Below, piece after piece: positions 7,450-17,036 of a stretch of DNA of 47,161 bases. Numbering within the stretch: the stretch's first letter is position 1; each line of letters starts with the position of its first letter. The position numbers were made by a program, and so were the translations under genes. Origin of the DNA: a virus; the IMG/VR virus record IMGVR_UViG_3300046060_000019, positions 1-47,161 of that record; one strand, 5' to 3'. The notes beneath the pieces are model-generated. The model did not search any database, was not told where the DNA came from, and saw only the letters and a list, made by a program, of their open reading frames with translations.

Positions 7450-7983
7450 TTATCGGATTAGTGCCACGGCCATGTCAGCCGCGTTGAACTCGGGAATGTC
7501 GGTGTCGAACACGACAGCGGTCGGGAACCCGTCGGTAATGTCCAGTTCCACGTCGGAACCGGCGTCCGTTTCCAGATTCCCGCTGTCGTCCACACCGAGA
7601 CTGTTCGTTATCGTTCCGCTGGAAGCGACGGGACCCGTGATAGCCGAGTACCCGCCGCCGTCCAGTGCGGTGACGTAATCCCCGATAGACGGGGTGTATC
7701 CGCTGTCGGCCATGACCGGAAGAACCGGCTTTGCGACCGCCATGGTCGCCTTTCCGACGTTGTCACCAGCGGCGTGGTCCGACTGGGCGGTGAAGCCCTC
7801 GGGGTCCGTTAGAAGAACCCCAATATCGTTTGCGCGACTGTTCACCTGTTGAACGAGCGGGTTCCGGTTGAAGGAACCCACCAGTTCCACGGCGTCGTTT
7901 TCCGTCGCCACGGTCCCGCTCGGGTCCGCTTCGACTTCGACGGTGTACGTGTCGCCGGGAACAGCGTAAAATTCGTCAGGCAT
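7450..7983 (-). CDS. Head decoration-like protein candidate
   Basis: 177 aa, located between the scaffold and capsid genes as in a lambda C-Nu3-D-E order. It is Gly/Ala/Asp-rich. Confidence 0.35.
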   Translation of the reverse strand: MPDEFYAVPGDTYTVEVEADPSGTVATENDAVELVGSFNRNPLVQQVNSRANDIGVLLTDPEGFTAQSDHAAGDNVGKATMAVAKPVLPVMADSGYTPSIGDYVTALDGGGYSAITGPVASSGTITNSLGVDDSGNLETDAGSDVELDITDGFPTAVVFDTDIPEFNAADMAVALIR

Positions 7984-7985
7984 GG

Positions 7986-9788
7986 TTACTGTTCAGCCTC
8001 GCCCCTGGCGGTGGCGGCCACGAACGCCCCAGCCGGGTTGTCCTCGGTTACGAAGTCCGCCGGGTCTTCGTCGTGCTTTTCAGCCATGAATTCCGCCGCG
8101 CTGTCGTGGTCAGACGAACGGAATTCCATTTTTTCGTCCAGCGTCATGGCGGACTCGGCGACCGCTTCCACGTCGTCGTCGCCCGCGCCGGACGACCCGC
8201 CGCCACCCGACACGCCGCCGTCAGCGCCGTCGCCGGAGGCGTGGGCCTTCCCGTACTCGGAACGCGCCTGTTCGCTTTCCAGAATTTCGGTCGCTCGCTG
8301 TCCGTCCATGGCCTGAAGTTCCGCCGGGGACTTCCCCGTCAGTTCTTCAGCCCGGTCGTCCACGGAATCGGCGTCCGTGTCGTACTTCGGAAGCGACGCT
8401 TCTTTCGCCGCCACGTCTTCCCGAAGGTCAGCGGTGTGTTCGTCAACGAGCGCCTGAACGCCGTCTTCAGCATTCAGGTCAACGTCGTGGAAGTCGGCCA
8501 ACGCTTCGGCGGCGTCGGCCTGTTCCGCGACGACTTCCGCTCGTTCTGTCAGTTCGTCCAGTTCAGCGTCTTCGTCCACGTCCACCCCAGCGGCGGACGC
8601 CACGGCCTGAAGGCGCTGAATCCGGTCGTCTTTGTGTTCGACCACTTCAGCCGCGCCTTCCAGCACGGCGTCGGGGTCGTCCACATCTTGAAGTTGATTT
8701 AGGTCCTTCATGTCTCGTTCTCGCGCTTGTTTCGCCATGGCCCGAAGGGACGACGTGTACGCCGTCGCCGGAGCCGTCGGGGACTGTTCAGCCAACGAAG
8801 CCGCTGTCTGAAGCGGCGGCATGGTCCCCGGCCCCGCGCCGGACACCGCCCCCGTCTTCACGAAGTCCACCTGTCGCACTGTCTCGGCGGTGACCACCAG
8901 CCGTTCCTTCCCGCCGGATTCTACCGTCTTCGGCCGACCGTCGTCGTTCGTATGAAGACGAAGGTCACCAACGATAGAATAGTCCTTAGCGGCCAACTGA
9001 CCGTTCTGGGCGGCGTCCACCGCCTTGTCGTTGGTCAGTTCGTAATCGGTCATAACGAGCGACCGCCCGTCTTCCGACAGGGCGAAGTCAGTCGCCTGAC
9101 CGACCGTAAGAAGGTCCAGTTCCGACGCAACGGGAACAGTGTCTTCGTGAAGGCTGTTCCCGTGGTCCATCCCGAGTTTCGGCGGCTCGCCCGCCTGAAT
9201 CCCGTCCGTCACGTTCTGGAACGTTCGCGGGATGGAATCTTCAGGAACGTGTACCGGCGTCGGTTGTCCGTTCAGATACAGCGTGTGGTCACCAGCCGCC
9301 CAGACAACGCCCGTCAGGTCGTCCACGCCGTCTGGGTTTGCCCCAGACACGGACGCCCTGAACGGGCTGTCAGCGCCGTCAGACGCCACCGCCGCCATAG
9401 CGGAAGCGTCGGCCACGTTGTCCCCGCTAATTTCCCACGACGACAGTGAATCTTCTCGGTGACCAACCATCCGGTTGGAACCTTCCGATTTAGGGACCCA
9501 CGCGGGGCCTTCGTCGTCGGGGTTCTCCCGATACACCATGATTAGGTACGCCGGGTTCTCGGTGGTCCCTTCCACGGTGAAGTCACCGTCAATCCGGTCG
9601 CTGAATGACCCGTCAGTGGTCACGTCAACCACGCGCCCCCGAACAGGGCCGCCGCTGGACCCCCAGCGGACGGTGTCACCGACCGAGAATTGGCTACCTT
9701 CAGCGACAAGGGACTGAAGGGCGTCCTCGACACCCTCGGCTGTCCCGCCCAGCGTCAGGCGTTCGACGTTCTGTATTGTTAGGTTCAC
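7986..9788 (-). CDS. Prohead protease (Mu gpI-like) fused to an acidic coiled-coil scaffold domain
   Basis: The central region (...PKLGMDHGNSLHE...KDYSIVGDLRL...VDFVKTGAVSG) resembles Mu-I type proteases. The C-terminal half is Ala/Glu/Asp-rich and helical. The start is GTG. Confidence 0.5.
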   Translation of the reverse strand: MNLTIQNVERLTLGGTAEGVEDALQSLVAEGSQFSVGDTVRWGSSGGPVRGRVVDVTTDGSFSDRIDGDFTVEGTTENPAYLIMVYRENPDDEGPAWVPKSEGSNRMVGHREDSLSSWEISGDNVADASAMAAVASDGADSPFRASVSGANPDGVDDLTGVVWAAGDHTLYLNGQPTPVHVPEDSIPRTFQNVTDGIQAGEPPKLGMDHGNSLHEDTVPVASELDLLTVGQATDFALSEDGRSLVMTDYELTNDKAVDAAQNGQLAAKDYSIVGDLRLHTNDDGRPKTVESGGKERLVVTAETVRQVDFVKTGAVSGAGPGTMPPLQTAASLAEQSPTAPATAYTSSLRAMAKQARERDMKDLNQLQDVDDPDAVLEGAAEVVEHKDDRIQRLQAVASAAGVDVDEDAELDELTERAEVVAEQADAAEALADFHDVDLNAEDGVQALVDEHTADLREDVAAKEASLPKYDTDADSVDDRAEELTGKSPAELQAMDGQRATEILESEQARSEYGKAHASGDGADGGVSGGGGSSGAGDDDVEAVAESAMTLDEKMEFRSSDHDSAAEFMAEKHDEDPADFVTEDNPAGAFVAATARGEAEQ

Positions 9789-9837
9789 GTTCAGTCCCCC
9801 GCACTAACCGATAGACAAACAGCCCCCATATACGACC

Positions 9838-9848
9838 GTGACGCTGGA
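9838..9848 (-). promoter_or_regulatory. Class A promoter-proximal motif
   Basis: gtgacgctgga, followed on the minus strand by GGTCGTATATGG (TATA-like). It lies 49 nt from the GTG at 9788. Confidence 0.55.
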
Positions 9849-9889
9849 AGTAATAGAACGTTAAAACGGCGTATGGGGCTGATAACTGA

Positions 9890-10405
9890 CTACTGAATCG
9901 CCACGTCCACGTCCACGCCCAGTTTCTCGGCGGCTGTCTGGATAGTTGCCGCCACATTCCGTTCGGCCTGTCGGTCGTCTTCCCGCGAGAACGACCGCTG
10001 TTTCCCTTCGTCAACGTGGTATATCTCCCGAAGGGTCAGCCCGCCGTGTTCGTATAGATAGAACGTCACCGCTTCCCTGAACGTCAGTCCTTCCGTCAGC
10101 AAATCGGATAACGTCGCTGTTTGGTGGCGTCGTACTTGTTCGACCGCCGTCCGACTGTTCGCGTTCCGTTCGACGTATTTCAGCACTTCCGCCAACGTCG
10201 GGTCGTCCGGGTCGTCCACGTACTCGGGGTCTTCCCGCTGAATCGCTTCAGCGGCGGCGTTGGCTATCTCGCGGCCACCCTTCGCTAAGTGCGGGCGCTT
10301 TCCGAACAGACGCGGCATACCGCCGTCAGCGCGTATTCGGTCGAACTTCGTCGTGTGTTTCGACCGGCGAGCTTCAATCGCCGATTTACCCTCGTCGGAC
10401 GACAT
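9890..10405 (-). CDS. HTH protein (sigma-70 region 4 / LuxR-like C-terminus)
   Basis: The segment LTEGLTFREAVTFYLYEHGGLTLREIYHV looks like a region-4 type HTH. Confidence 0.4.
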   Translation of the reverse strand: MSSDEGKSAIEARRSKHTTKFDRIRADGGMPRLFGKRPHLAKGGREIANAAAEAIQREDPEYVDDPDDPTLAEVLKYVERNANSRTAVEQVRRHQTATLSDLLTEGLTFREAVTFYLYEHGGLTLREIYHVDEGKQRSFSREDDRQAERNVAATIQTAAEKLGVDVDVAIQ

Positions 10406-11496
10406 TACGCTTCACCCTCCGGCTGACCTTCAGACACTCGTTGAAGCGCCGTCCGGTTCAGTTCTCGTTCCGGGTCCATGACCGACGGACGGTACTGTTC
10501 CGTGGACATGACTGTCTGAAGATAGTCGTCTGAAATGTCGTCCTCCGACACTACGGGGCGTTCGTCCCGGTTTAGCGTCGGACGAACACTGGACCGACAC
10601 CACGGGTGGTTTGGCGGAATCAGCCACGGCGTCTTCGTCACGTCGATAACGACCGGCGGGCCGTCGCACTCGCCCAGCCGACGGCATAGGTCCGACGTGA
10701 CGAAGTCACACACCGCGTCGTAAGTCAGAAACCGGAAGCCGTTGTTCAGATACCGCCGCGTCGCCGCGCTCGTATAGCCTTGTTGAATACTGTCATGGGC
10801 TATCAGTTCCGCCTTCGTCCGCTTCGTCTGACCGCCTACTCCGGCTTCTTTCCGAAGGTCGTTGTCGCCGTCGTCCAGCACGGCGGCCACCCTCGTTTCT
10901 ATATCCAGTTCGTCAGGGGACGGTGAACGAACCTGTTCGTTCTGGGCCAACCCCAGCCGTATCTGACGGGTCAGTTCGTCGCCTATCTCGTTTGCCAAAC
11001 TATCGTTGGCGTCGCCCACCGCTTCCGTTCCCGACAACAGCCCGGCGTCAACTTGTGTTATCGCCCGATTAAGCGACTGTTCCGCCGGGCTGAAGTCGCT
11101 GAAGTCGCCACGAATTTGTTCACCCAGTTCTGTCTGAATCCGGTCCATGGACGCCCTGACCGCCCGGCCCATGGTTTGCTGACGCCGTTGTTCCAACCAC
11201 CGAACAAGGTCGTTGGACAGTTCCGTGGCGGCCAACCGGGTGATAGCCTCGTTCAACCGCTGGGATTCCTGTTGTGAACGTCCGTACCGCTGGATATTGT
11301 TTTCCTGAAGAAACTGGTTGACTTCGTCTTTCAGTTCTCGTATGACCCGCCGCGCTCGTTGTCGCGCCCGGCGAAGGTCCGTAACGTTCCGACTGGACGC
11401 TGACCGGCGGTCAATGTCGTCGTCTTTGTTGTCTTCGTGGTCGCTTCCGTGAACGCGGGCGGTGGGGTGGAACCCACAATCTAAGCCGTCAGGCAT
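10405..11496 (-). CDS. Head morphogenesis protein (SPP1 gp7 / Mu F-like)
   Basis: PPNHPWCRSSVRP matches the HP.CRC-type signature of the MuF/gp7 family. It lies in the head module. Confidence 0.65.
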   Translation of the reverse strand: MPDGLDCGFHPTARVHGSDHEDNKDDDIDRRSASSRNVTDLRRARQRARRVIRELKDEVNQFLQENNIQRYGRSQQESQRLNEAITRLAATELSNDLVRWLEQRRQQTMGRAVRASMDRIQTELGEQIRGDFSDFSPAEQSLNRAITQVDAGLLSGTEAVGDANDSLANEIGDELTRQIRLGLAQNEQVRSPSPDELDIETRVAAVLDDGDNDLRKEAGVGGQTKRTKAELIAHDSIQQGYTSAATRRYLNNGFRFLTYDAVCDFVTSDLCRRLGECDGPPVVIDVTKTPWLIPPNHPWCRSSVRPTLNRDERPVVSEDDISDDYLQTVMSTEQYRPSVMDPERELNRTALQRVSEGQPEGEA

Positions 11497-11557
11497 ATCC
11501 TAACCACTGATTAAGAGACACTTAAGACATGCGTAAGACATGTGAAGGCTATCTGAA
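11497..11557 (-). promoter_or_regulatory. AT-rich intergenic promoter-like region
   Basis: The minus strand reads CTGAATAATTCAG (palindrome), then ATGTCTTA x2, then CTTAAG at -30..-25 from the ATG at 11496. Confidence 0.4.
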
Positions 11558-11830
11558 TTATTCAGCGTTGGCTTCAACGAGTGCGTGACCGGGCGCGACG
11601 GTCATAGCGATAGTGTCCAACAAGAAGTCGTCTGTCGGTTCCTCGTATCCTTCCAGCGAAGTGCTATCTTCGTCGTCCGGCGGGTCGCCGGTCATCATTC
11701 CCCGGTCTTCTACCCCGTTCAGGATTGAACGAAGACCGTTCCTATTCGGTTCCTTCACGTCGAAGCGGTACGGGTCCAGTCGGACTGTGGCGACGGTCGT
11801 TCCGTCGTCCCACGCTTTAATCTCGTACAT
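11558..11830 (-). CDS. Hypothetical acidic protein (90 aa)
   Basis: Track ORF with a TAATG overlap with the upstream gene. Confidence 0.55.
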   Translation of the reverse strand: MYEIKAWDDGTTVATVRLDPYRFDVKEPNRNGLRSILNGVEDRGMMTGDPPDDEDSTSLEGYEEPTDDFLLDTIAMTVAPGHALVEANAE

Positions 11831-14800
11831 TACTGAAAGTCACCCTCGTTGTATTTCTCGCGGACAACGTCTTCCGCCGTGTCCACGTCCCCAACACTCG
11901 GTACGTCAGGGATTCCATCAAACCGGAAGTCACGGCCCTCTTGTTCCAGAACGGTGTTCAGCGCCACCTTCATGTTCACCGGAATATCGTACACGTTCCG
12001 GTACGCTTCCAACAGGTCCGGGTGGCGGGTTACCAGCGTATAGGCGGCGTCAGCCATTTCACCGTTCGATATGTCTGACGTTGGCCGCATGACTTCGTGG
12101 ATACGGGACCACGTTTCGTGGGCCTGTTTCGCTGAATACCCGGAATCAATAGCATACTTCTTTCTTGTCTCTCGGTTCGCCCCGTGTTCGCGGGCCGCCG
12201 CCGCCTGTCTATACCACGCCTTGTTCACGTATTCCCCGAGATTCCGAACCGCTTCTTCGGGGCCGCTTGGGTCCATAGTCCCCAACCAGTCGTCAGCGTC
12301 CGCCGGGTTCTCTCGCCAATTGTCGGGCGTCCCGTTCCGCTTCCCTTCCACCCGGTCGTATGCGATAAACGGCGCGTCGCGGTCCCAACTGATAGCCGGG
12401 TCGTCGTGTGACGTTTGAAGCGTTCCTGAAACCTGACGCCCGGAACGGTCTTCCAGTACCACTTCGGCTTCCGTTTCCCCGAAGCGTTCTTCCGTGTCGC
12501 CCACGTCCGCTATCCGCCAATTACGAGGTTCACCACGGGACGGCGGTTCGTCCAGCCGTATCATGGTCCCTTCGTCCAGCGGAACGTCGTCGGTGGATTC
12601 AACACCGCTGAAGTTCCGTCCATCCAGTCCCGTCCCGACTTCGGCGTCCACGTCTTCTTTCCATTCGTCTAACTTGTAAGACGGCTGTTCGTATAGCGAC
12701 TTTCCGTCTTCAAAGTCGTCTGACCACGGCGGGGTCTTCAGCCCGTATTTCTGGGGAACCTCGTAATCCGGGCTGTTCCATGCGAAGTCCGGCATGGGGT
12801 GGGTTTTTCCGTCCATGTCGTTGGACCCGCCCTGAAAGCCATACACGTCCCCGACAGCGTGGCCCAGTTCGTGAATGATTGTGTTGTCTGTCTCGCCGTC
12901 GCTGACGCTGAAGTACGCCGTGTCAGGCTGAATCGTATTCACGTCGCTGACGGCGTGGGCGCGTCCCCGCCGCCCGACGCTCGTAAGCCGGGCCATGACC
13001 CGTTCGGCGTGTTCCTTGTCGTTGGACCGGGCTAAGTGCTGGGCGACCCGCTCTTTTACCTGTTCAAAGGTTTCTTCGTCCAGTTCGTCGTCGTTGTTCG
13101 CCGGGTCACCCGGCGCGTTCGGCGTAATGTCGTCCAATACGGACTTCAGGGTCCGCTTCCGTGCGGCTAACGCCGTGTCGTTGTCGCCCCAGTCGCCGTC
13201 AGGGATAGTTACGTCGGGAACGTCGCCCGGTTCATAGAACTTGTACCGCTCGTTCGCTATCCGGGCTGAAATATTCTGTTCGCGCCCGCTGTCGGACACC
13301 ACTTCCAGTTCCTTCCCTGTCACGGTGTCGTCGTACCCGGTGACTTCATACACGAACGGCGTCTGTCGGTCTTTGGCGATAAGCGTCCCTTCGGGAATGT
13401 CCTCGTTTTCGACGGCGTCCCGTGGTATCTTGCCTAAGACTTCGCCCCGAGTGACTTCCCGGCGTTCTTCGGGCGTTCCGTCCAGTTCCGTCAGGTCCGT
13501 GGTCCCCATGTCGTCCACGGTATAGAAGTCGTCGTCCGTCAGCGAAGACTCGGGGTCAAAGACGCCTCTAAACTCGTACACGCCGTTATCAGTGTCCGCC
13601 GGATAGTCAATAGTGAACTGTTCACCGTCGGGCGTAATCACCGTCATAGGACCCATGCCGCCGTCGTCAATTACTTCGCCACCTTCCAGTTCCATGGTCC
13701 GGGGCGAATTGAACCGGACATAGTCGCCTTCGTTGGGGCTAAGAATACCTTCCGTTCGCCATGTCCCGCCCTCGGGGTCGTTCACGTCGGGAATGTCGCC
13801 TTCGTCCGGCGCTGGGCCGCCCCCGCCGTCGTCGCCCACCGAGAGTAACCCCGTCGGCTGGTGGCTTCCGCTGTCGTTGGTGTTGAATCGGATTGTGTCG
13901 TCGCCGTCTTTCGGCTGGACTTCCATGACCGTCCCCGTCATGGACACCAGTTCGCCAATCTTCGGTTCCATGTCGGCCTGTTCGTCCCCATACGCGGCGG
14001 TTTTCTCGTACCGGATTAGGTCGCCTGTCTCGGCTTCGGACATGTAACTGGACGGTTCCCTGAAACGGTCGTCGTCGGGCGTGACGCTGTCCAGCGTCGG
14101 TTCGTCCGGCGTATCGCCACCTTGTGACGGAAGGTCGTCTATGCCGTCCACGTCGTACACGTCCACCGTGGAACGCGACTGTTCGTTGAACGTGAAGGTG
14201 GACCGCTCGCCGTCGGGCGTGCGAACTTCCACTGTCTCGCCGTCGGACCCCTTGTTCAGCACTTCAGCCGGGGACCCGCCGGGGCGTTGGAACACGTCGC
14301 CCTCGTTCAGTTCACCGAAGTCCTTCGGATTCGTCGGAACGTCGGCGTCCGACTGGGGGCTATCCATGCGTTTCTTCAGTTCGTCCACGCTGTCCACGTC
14401 GTCGGGGACGCCGTCAATCCTGATTCCGTCGTCAGATAGAACAGCGTCCATGTCTGGTTCGCCCGCTGTCTCGCCTAAGAACTGGACAAGCCGCCCAGTG
14501 GATTCCGAATTAATGTCTTCCAGCCCTATGTCCATGTCCCACGGGCGTTCAACGAAGCGTCCGTCCGGGCCACGCGGGTGAAGCGACGGGTTCCAGTCGG
14601 CGGCCACTTCGACAGTCCTGTTCAACGACTGGGCCAACGGCGGAAGTGACGCCGCTGTTCTCGCCTGTTCAACGAGACTGTTCATTTTCCAGCGGGCCAT
14701 GTCTTCCAGCATGGACCGAGTAATCCGGTCCGGGTCGTTTGGGACGCCGGGAATCATGCTGAAGCGCCCGCCCGCTCGTTGGCCGCCGCCTTCACGCCAT

Positions 14801-15156
14801 TCTTCGGTCCCCAGAACTTCGTCCTTCAGCGCCGCGCAAAAGCGGTTTGCCTTCCGTTCGGACCACCCTTCTTCGCCCATGAACTTCGCCTTACACGACG
14901 TGAACGACCCGCCCACCTTCGTCCAGACTTCCGCCACGGTCGAAGCGTCCCACCCGTCGGGAAGGCTTTTAAAACCAGTCTCGGGGTCGTCCACGCCGGG
15001 GACGTTCGCCGCCAACGTCCCTACCTGTTCCATGGTGGGTTCGCCCGGTGTCTCGGTCGCCGCGACAGCCGCATGGACCCGGTTCACCAGTTCCTTCCAG
15101 TAAACCAGTTGGTCGTCGTCCAGATTTTCGGGGGGTTGAAGCGCCACGTCAGTCAC
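11830..15156 (-). CDS. Giant head-module protein (1108 aa) with a zincin HExxH motif
   Basis: IIHELGHAV is encoded at 12859..12873. A GTGACTGA overlap joins it to the portal stop. The protein is very acidic and appears multi-domain. Confidence 0.7.
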   Translation of the reverse strand: MTDVALQPPENLDDDQLVYWKELVNRVHAAVAATETPGEPTMEQVGTLAANVPGVDDPETGFKSLPDGWDASTVAEVWTKVGGSFTSCKAKFMGEEGWSERKANRFCAALKDEVLGTEEWREGGGQRAGGRFSMIPGVPNDPDRITRSMLEDMARWKMNSLVEQARTAASLPPLAQSLNRTVEVAADWNPSLHPRGPDGRFVERPWDMDIGLEDINSESTGRLVQFLGETAGEPDMDAVLSDDGIRIDGVPDDVDSVDELKKRMDSPQSDADVPTNPKDFGELNEGDVFQRPGGSPAEVLNKGSDGETVEVRTPDGERSTFTFNEQSRSTVDVYDVDGIDDLPSQGGDTPDEPTLDSVTPDDDRFREPSSYMSEAETGDLIRYEKTAAYGDEQADMEPKIGELVSMTGTVMEVQPKDGDDTIRFNTNDSGSHQPTGLLSVGDDGGGGPAPDEGDIPDVNDPEGGTWRTEGILSPNEGDYVRFNSPRTMELEGGEVIDDGGMGPMTVITPDGEQFTIDYPADTDNGVYEFRGVFDPESSLTDDDFYTVDDMGTTDLTELDGTPEERREVTRGEVLGKIPRDAVENEDIPEGTLIAKDRQTPFVYEVTGYDDTVTGKELEVVSDSGREQNISARIANERYKFYEPGDVPDVTIPDGDWGDNDTALAARKRTLKSVLDDITPNAPGDPANNDDELDEETFEQVKERVAQHLARSNDKEHAERVMARLTSVGRRGRAHAVSDVNTIQPDTAYFSVSDGETDNTIIHELGHAVGDVYGFQGGSNDMDGKTHPMPDFAWNSPDYEVPQKYGLKTPPWSDDFEDGKSLYEQPSYKLDEWKEDVDAEVGTGLDGRNFSGVESTDDVPLDEGTMIRLDEPPSRGEPRNWRIADVGDTEERFGETEAEVVLEDRSGRQVSGTLQTSHDDPAISWDRDAPFIAYDRVEGKRNGTPDNWRENPADADDWLGTMDPSGPEEAVRNLGEYVNKAWYRQAAAAREHGANRETRKKYAIDSGYSAKQAHETWSRIHEVMRPTSDISNGEMADAAYTLVTRHPDLLEAYRNVYDIPVNMKVALNTVLEQEGRDFRFDGIPDVPSVGDVDTAEDVVREKYNEGDFQ

Positions 15157-16981
15157 CCCCAGCGAACAAGGCGGTCATTAGTTCGTCAGTTTCCATGGAC
15201 TGAACGTCGTCTGGAACGTCGTCAAACGGCGGCCCGTCACCCAACGCGGCGGCCCCTTCCGCTTCGTCGTCTTCGTTCGGGGAAGGCGGCTGTTGGTTCT
15301 CGTTGTCGTCGTTCAGCATGTCCCGCATGGACAGTTCGCGCTGGCCCGGCGGCGGGCCACCAGCGGGCGGTCCCTGTTGGGCGGGGTCGTCGGCCGGCTG
15401 TTCGTCTATGTCGAACCCTTCAATCCGGTTCAACGCCTGACGGACTTCTTTCGTCGTCAGCCCGGCTAACCCGGCGTGCTTCAGGGCGGTCAGAATCAGT
15501 TCCTCGTCTTCGGCTTCCAGTTTCGGAAGCGTGTGGTTGACGTTCCCCGACAGCCCGTGAATGTCTTTCTGAACGCGAGCGAAGCCGTCGAACACCGCGA
15601 GAACTTCCCGCCGCCACCCGCTGATTACGTTCAACAGCGTGCGAAATAGCGTGTCACGCGACAGTTCAGCGCCTTCCCGTAGTTCCATTAGGTCAATCGG
15701 GAACATTAGCCGGGCCGCTATGGACTTGTTATACGCCCGGATTTGGTCGGCCATGGCTTCCCCAGTCTCGGGAACTTCTATTTGGTCCACTTCCCAGTGG
15801 GACGGGATAGACATGATGAACCCGGACTGATAGTCTTCCAGCGTACTGAAGGCGTCCGATATACCTTCCCGCATGTGAAGTTCCAACTTCTTGATTGTCT
15901 CGCCGTCGTTCTCGGGGTCAGGAATGGTGTCGTGGTATTCCGATTCCGACAACCAGTCCGGCGGGTTTACCTTGATATACAGCCCGCCGACGGACGCTAT
16001 CTCGGCTTTTCGGGCCATAAGCCGCTGAAGAACCATTTTGTTCACGACAAGGTCCGCCACGGACTGAAGCGGGCGGGAACCGAATAGCGAAGCGTCAAAG
16101 ACGTGTTCACCCAGCGCCAACAGTTCTTCGTCGGTTGTCTTCCGCTCGGTTTCCCATGCGTCGGCGTCGTCGTCCACTATCAGTTTGTCGTATGTGACGC
16201 TGTCCTGAAGGTAGTATTCGCCCCCGTCTTCGGGGTCCCGATAGTAGGTCAGCGATTCCAGCGGAAGTTCCGCTAAGTCGGTGGACCGGACTACTGACCG
16301 GGCCGCCATGTAGTTCTGGGCCATGATGTTCCGAACCACGTCGCCGGGGTCAACGTGGGGAATGTCAGCGTCGTCGGCGTCGCCCTCGTATACGGACTGA
16401 AGATGTTCCGCTGTCCGAACGTCGGCGTCGCTATCGGGGTCTTCCGGTTCAACTTCCAGCCCAGCCTGACCGAGAATTAGCCCCACTTGACTGTTCAAAA
16501 TCGCCGGAATACGGTCGTCCGACTGAAGAATCCACTTCCCCACGCGCTCGTTGTAATCCACCCGGTTGTCCCGAAGTTTCTGGACCTTTTCGTCGTCTAT
16601 CCGGTCGAATTCCGACCGGACTTCATGGAAGTGGCCGCCCAACCGCGTTGTATCGGTTTCCGCTATCGGGTTGACCGTCGTTGACCCGCCGTTGTTGGCG
16701 TTGCCTTCAACAAGAACCGTCTGTTCGGCGGCGGCGTCAGTCAGACCGGCTTCTATGTTCTCGGGGTCCACGTCGGCGCTTTCGGGGATTCGGACAGCGA
16801 CTTCAGAACCCGCCGGGACGTGAAGTTCGTCGTCGCCGTCGCCCGCTTCCCCACCAACATGGACAACGTCGCTGTCCGTTTCTTCGTTTACGGTGGTGTC
16901 GGTATCGGGGTCCCCGTCGGCGTCGCCGCCCCGACGAAGGCGGCCCAGCGCCGACAGGAACGTGAAACCGCGAATATTCAT
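15149..16981 (-). CDS. Portal protein candidate
   Basis: 610-aa ORF immediately downstream of the large terminase. Size and position fit a portal, and the C-terminal tail is acidic. Confidence 0.65.
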   Translation of the reverse strand: MNIRGFTFLSALGRLRRGGDADGDPDTDTTVNEETDSDVVHVGGEAGDGDDELHVPAGSEVAVRIPESADVDPENIEAGLTDAAAEQTVLVEGNANNGGSTTVNPIAETDTTRLGGHFHEVRSEFDRIDDEKVQKLRDNRVDYNERVGKWILQSDDRIPAILNSQVGLILGQAGLEVEPEDPDSDADVRTAEHLQSVYEGDADDADIPHVDPGDVVRNIMAQNYMAARSVVRSTDLAELPLESLTYYRDPEDGGEYYLQDSVTYDKLIVDDDADAWETERKTTDEELLALGEHVFDASLFGSRPLQSVADLVVNKMVLQRLMARKAEIASVGGLYIKVNPPDWLSESEYHDTIPDPENDGETIKKLELHMREGISDAFSTLEDYQSGFIMSIPSHWEVDQIEVPETGEAMADQIRAYNKSIAARLMFPIDLMELREGAELSRDTLFRTLLNVISGWRREVLAVFDGFARVQKDIHGLSGNVNHTLPKLEAEDEELILTALKHAGLAGLTTKEVRQALNRIEGFDIDEQPADDPAQQGPPAGGPPPGQRELSMRDMLNDDNENQQPPSPNEDDEAEGAAALGDGPPFDDVPDDVQSMETDELMTALFAGGD

Positions 16982-17016
16982 ATCCGACAGAATCAGCCAC
17001 GTCCGCTTAACCGAAC

Positions 17017-17027
17017 GTGACGCTGGA
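17017..17027 (-). promoter_or_regulatory. Class A promoter-proximal motif
   Basis: gtgacgctgga, with a 35-nt spacer to the portal ATG at 16981. Confidence 0.6.
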
Positions 17028-17036
17028 ACAGTCAGC

